DNA of 64,000 nt from a virus. Taxonomy: Duplodnaviria; Heunggongvirae; Uroviricota; Caudoviricetes. This document shows positions 8,207 through 16,978 of this stretch, in pieces. Location of the stretch: the IMG/VR virus record IMGVR_UViG_3300008120_000059, positions 64,001 to 128,000 of that record; one strand, given 5' to 3'. A program made the translations under genes and the position numbers. Within the stretch, counting starts at the first letter, position 1, and every line of letters starts with the position of its first letter. The notes beneath the pieces were generated by a model. The model saw only the letters and a list, made by a program, of their open reading frames with translations. It ran no database searches and was not told the origin of the DNA.

Positions 8207-9312
8207 TTTTTTTTTTCTTCCTCAATGGGAAGTTGTTCATCTTGTATTGGTTCCTCAACAATCGGTTCAGGTGTTTCAATTATTTCCTCAACAATCGGTT
8301 CAGGTGTAACAATTGGTTCTTCAATTACTATCGGTTGTTCTTCAACTATTACAGGTTGTTCTTCAACAATTGGTTCTTCAATTACTATCGGTTGTTCTTC
8401 AACTATTACAGGTTGTTCTTCAACAATTGGTTCAGGAGTAATAGTTGTTTCTTCAATTACTATCGGTTGTTCTTCAACAATTGGTTCAGGTGCAATAGTT
8501 GGTTCAGGTGTGACAATTGGTTCTTCAACTATTACAGGTTGTTCTTCAACAATTGGTTCAGGAGTAATAGTTGTTTCTTTAACAACCACCGGTTCTTCTT
8601 TAATTAAATGGTCCTCAATTAAAAAAACATCTGATGAGTCATTATCCTCTTCTTCCTCAGGAGTTTCAACATCTTTTGGTTGGGGGGTTTTGTTAAGTAA
8701 TTTTTCTAAAATATCTAAATCTTCTTGAGAGATTCTAACTCGAGAGACTTCACCAACAATGTCTTTAGCATCTACCACCGGTGTTTCTTCACCAACGGGT
8801 TCAGGAGCGTCTTTTACCACTGGTTGTTCAACCTCTACAGTATTTTTCTCACTCTGAGTAAACTTAACTAACATATGTAGAAAAGAAAGTGAAATGATTG
8901 GTAACATACCTCCAGCGAAAAACGCTAAAAATCTTTTGTGACCAATCATGTCTGTAGGGTCAACACCAATATATTCTAAAAGTGGTGAAACTAACTCAAC
9001 CCAAGAAATAAATGCTTGACTCGTAATATCAATATATGAATAGGCGAAATAAATATTACCAATAAATTGAATGAGGGTTACAATACCAAATGGGAAATAT
9101 ACTTTTCTACCCATATCAGCTGATATTGCAGCCAACGCAGATAATGCGGCAATTTCGATACCTATTGATAAATAGATAGCCCAACTAATTGGGTTTGAAA
9201 TTCCGTACCATTTAGTTACGTGTGATATTGAAACCAACGCAACAGTTATAATTGGTATTAAAAACGCAGATACTATTAATGTTTTATAATTTTTATTAAT
9301 CCAATTTTTCAT
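8203..9312 (-). CDS. multi-pass membrane protein with acidic Pro/Glu repeat tail
   Basis: Several N-terminal TM stretches, then PEPIVEEQPVIVEE repeats; ends EEEKKN-TAG at an A10 run. Confidence 0.8.
   Translation of the reverse strand: MKNWINKNYKTLIVSAFLIPIITVALVSISHVTKWYGISNPISWAIYLSIGIEIAALSALAAISADMGRKVYFPFGIVTLIQFIGNIYFAYSYIDITSQAFISWVELVSPLLEYIGVDPTDMIGHKRFLAFFAGGMLPIISLSFLHMLVKFTQSEKNTVEVEQPVVKDAPEPVGEETPVVDAKDIVGEVSRVRISQEDLDILEKLLNKTPQPKDVETPEEEEDNDSSDVFLIEDHLIKEEPVVVKETTITPEPIVEEQPVIVEEPIVTPEPTIAPEPIVEEQPIVIEETTITPEPIVEEQPVIVEEQPIVIEEPIVEEQPVIVEEQPIVIEEPIVTPEPIVEEIIETPEPIVEEPIQDEQLPIEEEKKN
8249..8598 (-). repeat. coding tandem repeat (TPEPIVEEQP(V/I)(I/V)(V/I)EE)
   Basis: Near-identical DNA units such as ggttgttcttcaacaattggttca repeated several times. 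Confidence 0.9.
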
Positions 9313-9596
9313 TTAACACTATTTTCCAACTTGCTTATTTCATTATCAATTTCAGTTTGACGGTTTACATCTAAAATTTTTCTATCAGTTGCTTGAATCA
9401 TTCTTTTTTCTGATTTCAATCCTTCAATTCTTAACCTAACATCCAATTCTTCTTTGGTGTAGGTAGAATCTTTAATTGACTCAATTTCCTTTCTCATTTT
9501 AGAGAGTTCTCTTCCGTCGCCACAACTTTTAAAAAATCCTAAAAGTGCAACAACCAAAACGATTATTGTGAAATTTTTTTGAATAAAATTTTTCAT
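9309..9596 (-). CDS. putative lipoprotein/membrane-anchored coiled-coil protein
   Basis: Hydrophobic leader IIVLVVALLGFF followed by KSC (lipobox-like Cys). Confidence 0.6.
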   Translation of the reverse strand: MKNFIQKNFTIIVLVVALLGFFKSCGDGRELSKMRKEIESIKDSTYTKEELDVRLRIEGLKSEKRMIQATDRKILDVNRQTEIDNEISKLENSVK

Positions 9597-9605
9597 GTTT
9601 TTTAT

Positions 9606-10418
9606 TTATAAATAGTTTAATAATCCATAACTGTCGTTACGAAGTTTCTTTAGTGCTTTATCACGTAGTTGTCTAATACGTTCTTTAGTGCATCCGAATT
9701 CATCACCCAAGTCTTCTAAATTCATTTCAATACCGTTCAACCCATAAGACTTTTCAATAATGACCTTTTCTCTATCGTCAAGGATTGAAAGCATTTGAGA
9801 AACTCTTTTTTTAATTTCTTCAGACGTATTTAAAATGTCTTCAGGGTTATCAGCGTTGACATTAATGATGGTATCGATTAATTGGTCTCCCTCTTCATTT
9901 ATTTCATCATTCAAGTTTACACAATGAGGTAGTACTATTTCTGCCCCATTATCTTCATAATTGATAAAGAAAGGGTCATCAACATTTAACTGTTCATTTT
10001 TCTTTCTTTTTTGATTTTCCTGAATAATGTTTGACGGCAGTCTTATCATCCTTGAATTCTCGTTTAGAGAAGCCATAATAGATTGTTTAATCCACCAAAC
10101 AGCATATGAAATAAATTTGTAACCACTGTTAGGGTCAAATCTTTCGGCGGCTCGTATGAGACCGATATTACCTTCGGATATTAAATCAATTAAATCCATA
10201 CCATTGTTTTGATATGATTTAGCGACGGTGATTACAAAACGTAGATTACCCACTACGAGTTCGTTTAACAAATCGACTCTTTCCTTCTTAGGTAGGTCTT
10301 TATTTTTTAAGAGTTCGAAGACTTCATCCTGTCTTTGGTGAGTAATTACCTTAATCTTTCGGATGTCTTTGATGTAGTTCTGAATTTCTTCAGTGTTGAT
10401 TAGTAATGTTTTGGCCAT
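9606..10418 (-). CDS. RNA polymerase sigma-70 factor (RpoD/RpoS-like, lacking region 1.1)
   Basis: NLRFVITVAKSY, DLISEGNIGLIRAAERFD, KFISYAVWWIKQSI, region 4 LEDLGDEFGCTKERIRQLRDKALKKLR. Confidence 0.93.
   Translation of the reverse strand: MAKTLLINTEEIQNYIKDIRKIKVITHQRQDEVFELLKNKDLPKKERVDLLNELVVGNLRFVITVAKSYQNNGMDLIDLISEGNIGLIRAAERFDPNSGYKFISYAVWWIKQSIMASLNENSRMIRLPSNIIQENQKRKKNEQLNVDDPFFINYEDNGAEIVLPHCVNLNDEINEEGDQLIDTIINVNADNPEDILNTSEEIKKRVSQMLSILDDREKVIIEKSYGLNGIEMNLEDLGDEFGCTKERIRQLRDKALKKLRNDSYGLLNYL
9608..9614 (-). promoter_or_regulatory. TATTTAT box
   Basis: 11 nt upstream of ATG 9596, overlapping the last codons of the sigma gene (TAT TTA TAA). Confidence 0.5.
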
Positions 10419-10462
10419 GAATGTTCGGTTTGTGGTTCATGGGTAAAAATATGTAAAAAAAA

Positions 10463-10924
10463 TCAATTTTGGAAGCCATCCAAGAATTTTTTTTCGTCAG
10501 GAGTCAAACTGTCTATCCCCTCCTGTTCAATTTTCTCTAAAATATTATCAAGGTCCATTGTTTCGTTAGGGTTCTCGGTGTTTTCTTTTTTATTATATTC
10601 TAACCTTAATGAACTATATTCTTCACTTGGCTTAAACATAAAGTCCTTCATCTGTATAGGTAAATTGGCACTATATATACTTTCTCTTTCGAAGAGGAAG
10701 TAAAATTTCACATCCTCCATAGAAATAATATTGTGAAGTTCTTCAGAGAGCTCTTTTCTATTTGATTCGGATTCAAATATAACTATTATACTTTTAGACG
10801 TATCTTCAATAACAAACCTAACCTTGGCAATTTTTGGACTAACTCCAAGAACTTCCAAACAAAAAAATTCAATGTCTTCGTGGTCTTCGAAATTCGCGAA
10901 TAAAAATAAAAGATATGTCTTCAT
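10463..10924 (-). CDS. hypothetical protein with C-terminal DUF6576-like motif
   Basis: LDNILEKIEQEGIDSLTPDEKKFL. Confidence 0.65.
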   Translation of the reverse strand: MKTYLLFLFANFEDHEDIEFFCLEVLGVSPKIAKVRFVIEDTSKSIIVIFESESNRKELSEELHNIISMEDVKFYFLFERESIYSANLPIQMKDFMFKPSEEYSSLRLEYNKKENTENPNETMDLDNILEKIEQEGIDSLTPDEKKFLDGFQN

Positions 10925-10933
10925 TCAAATAAA

Positions 10934-11362
10934 TTACTGTACGATTAAAAATACGGATAAAATTGCAATAAGTCCACCCCCAACGATGGTTTTGAACTTA
11001 TTTTTCACCTTTTCTTTCTTCAACTGTAATTCTAAATTTTTTGTGTGATTTTCTAAAATTTGATATTTTTCGTCTTGAGATTTAATTATTGTTAAATAAT
11101 TTTCCTCTTTCTTCTGCATGGTAACAATTACACTATCTTTCAGTGAAACCTTTTCCTCTAATTTTGTGATTTGTTCATTTGATAATTTCAATTCAGCAAT
11201 CGCAGAATCACCTCTTAATAAGTCTTTAGCAATTGACTTAAATGTAGAAACCGGTAAACATTTTACTGGTTCGGGGGTTCGATTTTTATTATTTGTATCT
11301 GTCTGAGAAAAAGCTATCAAGCTCTGGCTCAGTAAAATTAGAAACACGATTAATTTTTTCAT
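10934..11362 (-). CDS. signal peptide + coiled coil + C-terminal TM protein (spanin-like candidate)
   Basis: MKKLIVFLILLSQSLIAFS/Q leader, heptad region, C-terminal IVGGGLIAILSVFLIV. Confidence 0.6.
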   Translation of the reverse strand: MKKLIVFLILLSQSLIAFSQTDTNNKNRTPEPVKCLPVSTFKSIAKDLLRGDSAIAELKLSNEQITKLEEKVSLKDSVIVTMQKKEENYLTIIKSQDEKYQILENHTKNLELQLKKEKVKNKFKTIVGGGLIAILSVFLIVQ

Positions 11363-11681
11363 GATATACTTCCTTTACTATTGTTTTTTGATTTTTAATT
11401 TTATCGATACTATTATCAACTTCTCCAATTTCTTTATTGATGTTGTCGATTTTATCGTCTAACATTTCTTGTTCTTTATACATGTTATTAATTACAACAT
11501 TCAAAGAATCAATCTTCGCCTTATCTTCAGGTGACATACCCACTCGAGGTGTTAAAATGAAAATCATCCAATACAGAACGAACAACCCGAACACAACCAT
11601 TAAAACGGTTTTATAGTTCTTTGCAAGAAAACCTGCAATTTTATTTGTATTTTCTTTTGCGTTTAAAAGTCTTTCGTCCAT
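11289..11681 (-). CDS. N-terminal TM + coiled-coil protein (i-spanin-like candidate)
   Basis: TM VLMVVFGLFVLYWMIFIL followed by heptads; overlaps next gene by 74 nt. Confidence 0.6.
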   Translation of the reverse strand: MDERLLNAKENTNKIAGFLAKNYKTVLMVVFGLFVLYWMIFILTPRVGMSPEDKAKIDSLNVVINNMYKEQEMLDDKIDNINKEIGEVDNSIDKIKNQKTIVKEVYHEKINRVSNFTEPELDSFFSDRYK

Positions 11682-11686
11682 ATGAT

Positions 11687-11693
11687 ATAAATA
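11687..11693 (-). promoter_or_regulatory. TATTTAT box
   Basis: 5 nt upstream of ATG 11681. Confidence 0.5.
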
Positions 11694-11703
11694 TTAATAA
11701 TAA

Positions 11704-12378
11704 TTATTTTTTCTTTCTAATTATCTCATCGATAATGCCATAACTCAACGCATCTTCTGATGATAACCACAAATCTCTCGACGCATCCTCCATGACAACT
11801 TCGGATGGTTTGTTACAATATTCACCCAATAGGTCAAATAGAATTTTATTTAATTTTTCCCATTCTTTCATATTAATCTTAGCATCCTGAATATTACCTT
11901 CAAAACCTCCTGAAGACTGATGTAACATTGTTCTACTGAATCTTAGTGAACATCTCTTACCTTTTGTACCCGCACCAAGTAAAACCGAACCCATAGATGC
12001 TGCCATTCCAGTGTTGATTGTACGAATATCCGAGTTGATATAATCCATTACATCCACCATTGATAATCCACTTTTTACAGAACCACCAGGACTATCAATG
12101 TGCATTGTGATATCAGTATTATCGATACTGTCTAAAAACATAAGTTGAGCTTGAACCACTGTCGACATGTTATCGTTTACAACACCCGCAACCCATATGA
12201 TTCTTTCCATCATCAATCGTGAGAATACATCCATCACGGTTACGTTCATTTGTCTCTCTTCCAATATGTATGGAGTTAAACTGTCTTCAACTTGTTTGTT
12301 GTAGTGATGTAAATTTAAACCGCTAATCCCTTTGTCCTTAGCGAATAGTCCGAAGTCTTTATATAGTTTACTGTTCAT
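11704..12378 (-). CDS. clpP: ATP-dependent Clp protease proteolytic subunit
   Basis: DVFSRLMMERII, SPGGSV, catalytic Ser in GMAASMG, His in MLHQ, Asp in RDLW. Confidence 0.95.
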   Translation of the reverse strand: MNSKLYKDFGLFAKDKGISGLNLHHYNKQVEDSLTPYILEERQMNVTVMDVFSRLMMERIIWVAGVVNDNMSTVVQAQLMFLDSIDNTDITMHIDSPGGSVKSGLSMVDVMDYINSDIRTINTGMAASMGSVLLGAGTKGKRCSLRFSRTMLHQSSGGFEGNIQDAKINMKEWEKLNKILFDLLGEYCNKPSEVVMEDASRDLWLSSEDALSYGIIDEIIRKKK

Positions 12379-12417
12379 GTGAATTATTTTTTTTAAATCT
12401 AAGAAAAAAAAGTGATA

Positions 12418-14784
12418 TTAAGAAATTTTTGGTGTGATAAAATCAATTGAACTAATGTTGTTATCTTTTTTGACCATAACCAAATTGTCCGACCAGTTTC
12501 TAATTAATGGGTTATGGGAAATAACAAATATGTGTTCAAAATAATCTTTAATTTTTTTGAAGAACTCTCCCACCATTTCCAAATTCTCATCCGCAATTTT
12601 ACCAAATACTTCATCCATTACAACAATATTTGGTTTGGGTAATGACGATATCTTGGTTAATACGCTTCGAAGGGCAAGTGATGAAATAGTTCTTTCATAA
12701 CCCGAACCACTAACGAGTGGTTTTACTACTCTAGTTTCAGTATCAATCATTATAAATTCAACCTCGTTTCTCTCGTTGATGTTCAATTCTAAAATAAAGT
12801 GACAACTATCAACTAAAAGTCTGTACAACTCTTGGTTAATTAGTGGGACCATATTTTTTAAAATAACCTTTGAGATTCCATTCTTACCGAAAACGGTTAG
12901 GTAAACCTTGAAGATAGATTGAGTTTCATTTTCAACTTTTATCTTTCTAATTAAATCCTTATTAGTTTCAATTTTTTCAGTTAAAGTTTGATTCTGATTT
13001 TTTAATCTTTCAATAGTAGTGCCATAACTTCTTAGATTTGCATTGAGGGTTTCAATTTGAGACTTTAAACCCACAATTTCAGCATCTATTCTTTGATTCT
13101 CTTCTAACTTTTGTTTGTTGCGGTCATAGTTATCAAGTTTTGTTTGTAACTTTTCAATTTCTATTTTTTTCTGCTCGACCTCCAACTCATACCTTGTCTT
13201 TTTAATTTTGTTTTTTTCGTACCCATCGTACTCTTTTTTCAAATCAATAAAGACCTTTTCCTTTTCAGTTAATTCATCATACTTCTTACGATTATCTGTT
13301 TGAATTTTCCTAATTGATTCGACCAATTCTTTTAATTTATTTATTTCATCAGTGTGGTCAACCTCAGCTAATGCTCTTTTACAGGTCGGACATATTTGTC
13401 CTTCCTCTAATTGTTTTATTAGTTCTTCGTTTCGTTTAATGGAGTCAGCATTTACTCTACCTTCCACAACTATTCCATTCATTTCATCTTTTAGTAACAA
13501 ATGATTTTCCTCAAGATAAAACTGTGAAGGTTCTTTTACATTAACAGAATCGGCGTTAGTAATTGAAACTTGTTTTTGTTTTTCCAAATTACTAATATCA
13601 ACCTTTATTTGACTTGTATTGGTACGAATTAAATCTTGGTCAATATCTGTGTTTCTTTTTGACAACAAATCATCTCTTTTATTTTCCGCATTTTTTAAGG
13701 TTGACTGAGTTTTTGTTGTTTCAATTTCTAATCTAGATATTTCTGATTTGTTTTCATCGATACCTTCTTGAAAAGAAGTAATCTCTGTTTCCAAATCATT
13801 CATATTATGATTATTGGAAATCAATTTTTTACTCCATTCACTTTGAATTGTTTTACAGATTTCTTCTTTTTCTTTAAGAATTTCTAAACCTAAAAACTTT
13901 GTAAGTATTAAACCTCTTGCAGTAGGTTTTGATTCAATGAGTTCTTCTAAATTATTTCCAGTTGTTAATATTGTTGATAGAAAATCTTCCTCTGTGCCGA
14001 TTGCCTTTGTTATAAAATCTTCAGTTTCTCTACGTTGTTCACCTGTTAAATTTTCAATCGTACCATCTTGATTTTTTTTATAAAAATCCAATTTATTTGT
14101 GACGGTATAATCACCACTTTTTGTTTTCTTACGTGAGCTTATTCTCTCAATAATGTAGTCCTCATTGTCTATGGTTATGTATCCCTTAACTTTTACTTCG
14201 TCATTGTTACTGAACCTATTGAAAATTTCTGAATTGGTTTTAGTTTTTGTGGTTTTATTAAAAAATAAAAACATCATTAAATCAACTGTTGCAGTTGACT
14301 TACCACCAAAATTTTTGGGTGTAGATTCTACAACTGTGATGCCGGGTAATATGGTAAAATCAATCTCATTGTTTCCCCCATAGGACAGGAAATTTGAAAA
14401 TTCAACCTTTTTGATATACCATTTAGTGTATTTGATTCTATCACCGTTTTTACGGATGAATTCTTCATTTACTTTATTGTCAAGATTATTAAGTCTTTCT
14501 AATGATATATTGATTTCATTCTCCTCAACGAAATCTTTCATCAAAGTTTTTTGGTACTGAAAATCAGAAATATTTTCTGTTATGTCTAATGACGCTAATT
14601 TTGTTTGGTCATCATTGGATATAACTTTAGTTATAATTTGAACGTACTTTGTGTTGTATTTCTTTTGAAAATATGATTTAACTCTATTGAGTTTTTCAGA
14701 GGTGAAGTTCTCATGTGTATCCTGCCATGTAACTTTAATGTAGGGATTTTTAAGATTGGTTACTTCTTTCTTTGTAGTGTCCAT
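12418..14784 (-). CDS. SbcC/Rad50/T4 gp46-like ATPase with extra N-terminal domain
   Basis: Walker A variant NFGGKST, long coiled coil, Zn hook CPTC, signature GSGYE, Walker B VVMDE, H-loop ISHN. Confidence 0.9.
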   Translation of the reverse strand: MDTTKKEVTNLKNPYIKVTWQDTHENFTSEKLNRVKSYFQKKYNTKYVQIITKVISNDDQTKLASLDITENISDFQYQKTLMKDFVEENEINISLERLNNLDNKVNEEFIRKNGDRIKYTKWYIKKVEFSNFLSYGGNNEIDFTILPGITVVESTPKNFGGKSTATVDLMMFLFFNKTTKTKTNSEIFNRFSNNDEVKVKGYITIDNEDYIIERISSRKKTKSGDYTVTNKLDFYKKNQDGTIENLTGEQRRETEDFITKAIGTEEDFLSTILTTGNNLEELIESKPTARGLILTKFLGLEILKEKEEICKTIQSEWSKKLISNNHNMNDLETEITSFQEGIDENKSEISRLEIETTKTQSTLKNAENKRDDLLSKRNTDIDQDLIRTNTSQIKVDISNLEKQKQVSITNADSVNVKEPSQFYLEENHLLLKDEMNGIVVEGRVNADSIKRNEELIKQLEEGQICPTCKRALAEVDHTDEINKLKELVESIRKIQTDNRKKYDELTEKEKVFIDLKKEYDGYEKNKIKKTRYELEVEQKKIEIEKLQTKLDNYDRNKQKLEENQRIDAEIVGLKSQIETLNANLRSYGTTIERLKNQNQTLTEKIETNKDLIRKIKVENETQSIFKVYLTVFGKNGISKVILKNMVPLINQELYRLLVDSCHFILELNINERNEVEFIMIDTETRVVKPLVSGSGYERTISSLALRSVLTKISSLPKPNIVVMDEVFGKIADENLEMVGEFFKKIKDYFEHIFVISHNPLIRNWSDNLVMVKKDNNISSIDFITPKIS

Positions 14785-15266
14785 TTGTTCTTCTTTAAGT
14801 TATAGGTTTGAACGTGTTCTTTTTTAAATGACATCCATTTTTCTATCTCTTCACTATTGTTTGGTTTGAATTCTGTGAAAAGTATTTTGTCTTTATTCTT
14901 AATTGTGGTTGGTTTTATTAATATAACTTGAGTAAAATCTCTGTTTGTTCTAATAAACCAATGCTTATTTTTGTTTGGGGTTATAGTATCACCTACTTTA
15001 TCGTACCAATACTTTACCTTCCGTATTGGAATATTAACAGTCCTAAAATCATAACCACTAATCAAGGAATATTCATTCTCCCAAAAATCACCAATCCAAC
15101 CCCCTCTTTCCAACTCCACACCAAATGAATTATCGTCAACACAAATTAAATCAATTGCTTTTGAATTAGGATGTGACTCGAACAAAATGTTAAAAACTTC
15201 TTTAATGAAAATTTTAGCAAAATTTCTTACTTCAGTGTCATCAAAACTTCTTTTTATGTAACCCAT
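14760..15266 (-). CDS. putative PD-(D/E)xK-fold protein
   Basis: AIDLI...FGVELER...TVNIPIRK pattern. Confidence 0.45.
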   Translation of the reverse strand: MGYIKRSFDDTEVRNFAKIFIKEVFNILFESHPNSKAIDLICVDDNSFGVELERGGWIGDFWENEYSLISGYDFRTVNIPIRKVKYWYDKVGDTITPNKNKHWFIRTNRDFTQVILIKPTTIKNKDKILFTEFKPNNSEEIEKWMSFKKEHVQTYNLKKNKWTLQRKK

Positions 15267-15294
15267 TTAAAATTTTTGAACATCCCGTCAGGGT

Positions 15295-15639
15295 TTATTT
15301 ATTGAATCTACTTTCTTCAAAGAATTCAACTATTCCATTTATAGCCCATACACTTCCCGCGGTAAACATACCGTCAAAGAAAATAGATGGTAACCAATGA
15401 ATACCAAAATGAGTTGTCATTCCCCCGAGACAGATTGAAAAGAAGAATCCAACCCATGTTGATGTACATAACATACAACTAATCAATCCTGAAATAAAAT
15501 TTCCAACTCCTTGTAAAGGAGCGTATTCATTTTTGGCCCAATTATGTATGGAATCTCTTACAGAGTCAAAAATAGAACCGTAAACGATTATAGTGCTCAT
15601 TCCATATGCTGCCATAATCCAAATAAAAATGTTTGTCAT
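15295..15639 (-). CDS. DUF1360-like membrane protein
   Basis: Hydrophobic helices with LISCMLCTSTWVG (CxxC..W). Confidence 0.6.
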   Translation of the reverse strand: MTNIFIWIMAAYGMSTIIVYGSIFDSVRDSIHNWAKNEYAPLQGVGNFISGLISCMLCTSTWVGFFFSICLGGMTTHFGIHWLPSIFFDGMFTAGSVWAINGIVEFFEESRFNK

Positions 15640-15687
15640 GTTTGAATGTATTTTATAAAATATATGAAAAAAAAATCAATAAAAAAA

Positions 15688-16203
15688 TTATTCACCATAT
15701 AAAGATGAGAGGTTACTGTCCTTCATAAATTTACCCTTTCTGCCGAGACCCTCTAATGATTTTGTTAGACTTTCCAATTCAGACTTTAATTTCTCATTTT
15801 CAACTTTTAAAGTGTTTAATTCTTCGTCATTTTTTACCTCAATAATCTTTTCAATTGGGACTTCTTTTATAACCTCTCTTACTACAATCTGAGTATCCCC
15901 TTTTATCTCCACCGGTACCTCTTTAATAACTTCAACAGGTACCTCTTTAATAACTTCTCGAATAATTTCAATTGGTTTTTCAATTATCCTATCTACGGGA
16001 ATCTCTTTAATAATTTCTTTGATTACTTCCTTCTCTACTATCTTTTCACCAGATGAAAATCCAAATGGTACTTCACCGTACTTTACAATATTGAAACCTT
16101 TTTTAAAAACTTGTTCCGCAAATTCTTGAGGATTCTCAATTTTGTTTAATTCACAATACTTTATGAATTCATTATCTAATATTAAGTAGTTTTTCTGATT
16201 CAT
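15688..16203 (-). CDS. protein with KEVPVEVI (alveolin/articulin-like) repeats and a coiled coil
   Basis: EVIKEIIKEIPVDRIIEKPIEIIREVIKEVPVEVIKEVPVE; ATG at 16203. Confidence 0.75.
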   Translation of the reverse strand: MNQKNYLILDNEFIKYCELNKIENPQEFAEQVFKKGFNIVKYGEVPFGFSSGEKIVEKEVIKEIIKEIPVDRIIEKPIEIIREVIKEVPVEVIKEVPVEIKGDTQIVVREVIKEVPIEKIIEVKNDEELNTLKVENEKLKSELESLTKSLEGLGRKGKFMKDSNLSSLYGE

Positions 16204-16978
16204 TGTCAATATCTAATATGTCAGATATGGAGAAATGTAGAAAAGGTTGTTCATTCTCTATATCATAAGTATGGTATTCATCGTTTACCACGTCATAAAC
16301 ACCGTATCCGTGATAATTAACTGTCTCACCAAAATTTTGTTGAATCAGAGAACCAATCATGATAGCTTTACCTCCGTTGGGTAAGTCAAACATTTGTCTT
16401 TTATGGATATCACCACAAAGTAATAAATCCAAACCAACAAAGTTTAATGGTGAGTAGGCATTTTCAAACTCGAACCCTAAATCAGTGGACAAACCTTGTA
16501 TTGGTCCATGAAATAAACCAACATAAAATTTATTATCCTCTTTTTCAAAATCGGGTTTTTGATTGTGTTGATATAAAGAGTAAACCACCCAATTAATGTT
16601 CTCATCCTCATATACCCCACTGTTTTTGAAATATTTGACATTTTCATTATTCAACATTTCAACAATTGGGGTAATACTATCCAATCTACTCACATTATTT
16701 TCTAAAAAATCATGGTTTCCTGGTATTATTATAACAGGTCCGATGTTTTCGTGTAACTGTGTTAGGAACCAAGATGTGAGCATCATTTGTTCGTTTGAGA
16801 TATTAATTTTTTGATGAGCAATGTCACCAGTAATGACCACTCTTATCTCATCGTAATTACAATCTTCCACTCTTCTCATCGCATCGTCAATTACCATCTT
16901 GAATTGTTTCTTATACATGTCATGTAATTGAAAGGTCCTGATGTGTAAATCAGATATGTGTATAATTTTTCTTATCAT
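16172..16978 (-). CDS. SbcD/Mre11/T4 gp47-like metallophosphoesterase nuclease
   Basis: HISDLH, ITGDIAH, PGNHD, LFHG, GDIH motifs. Confidence 0.9.
   Translation of the reverse strand: MIRKIIHISDLHIRTFQLHDMYKKQFKMVIDDAMRRVEDCNYDEIRVVITGDIAHQKINISNEQMMLTSWFLTQLHENIGPVIIIPGNHDFLENNVSRLDSITPIVEMLNNENVKYFKNSGVYEDENINWVVYSLYQHNQKPDFEKEDNKFYVGLFHGPIQGLSTDLGFEFENAYSPLNFVGLDLLLCGDIHKRQMFDLPNGGKAIMIGSLIQQNFGETVNYHGYGVYDVVNDEYHTYDIENEQPFLHFSISDILDIDNESEKLLNIR

Noticed and set aside
8121-8728. Plus-strand ORFs 8121..8309, 8191..8607, 8225..8728
   Set aside because: Shadows of the PEPIVEE repeat gene
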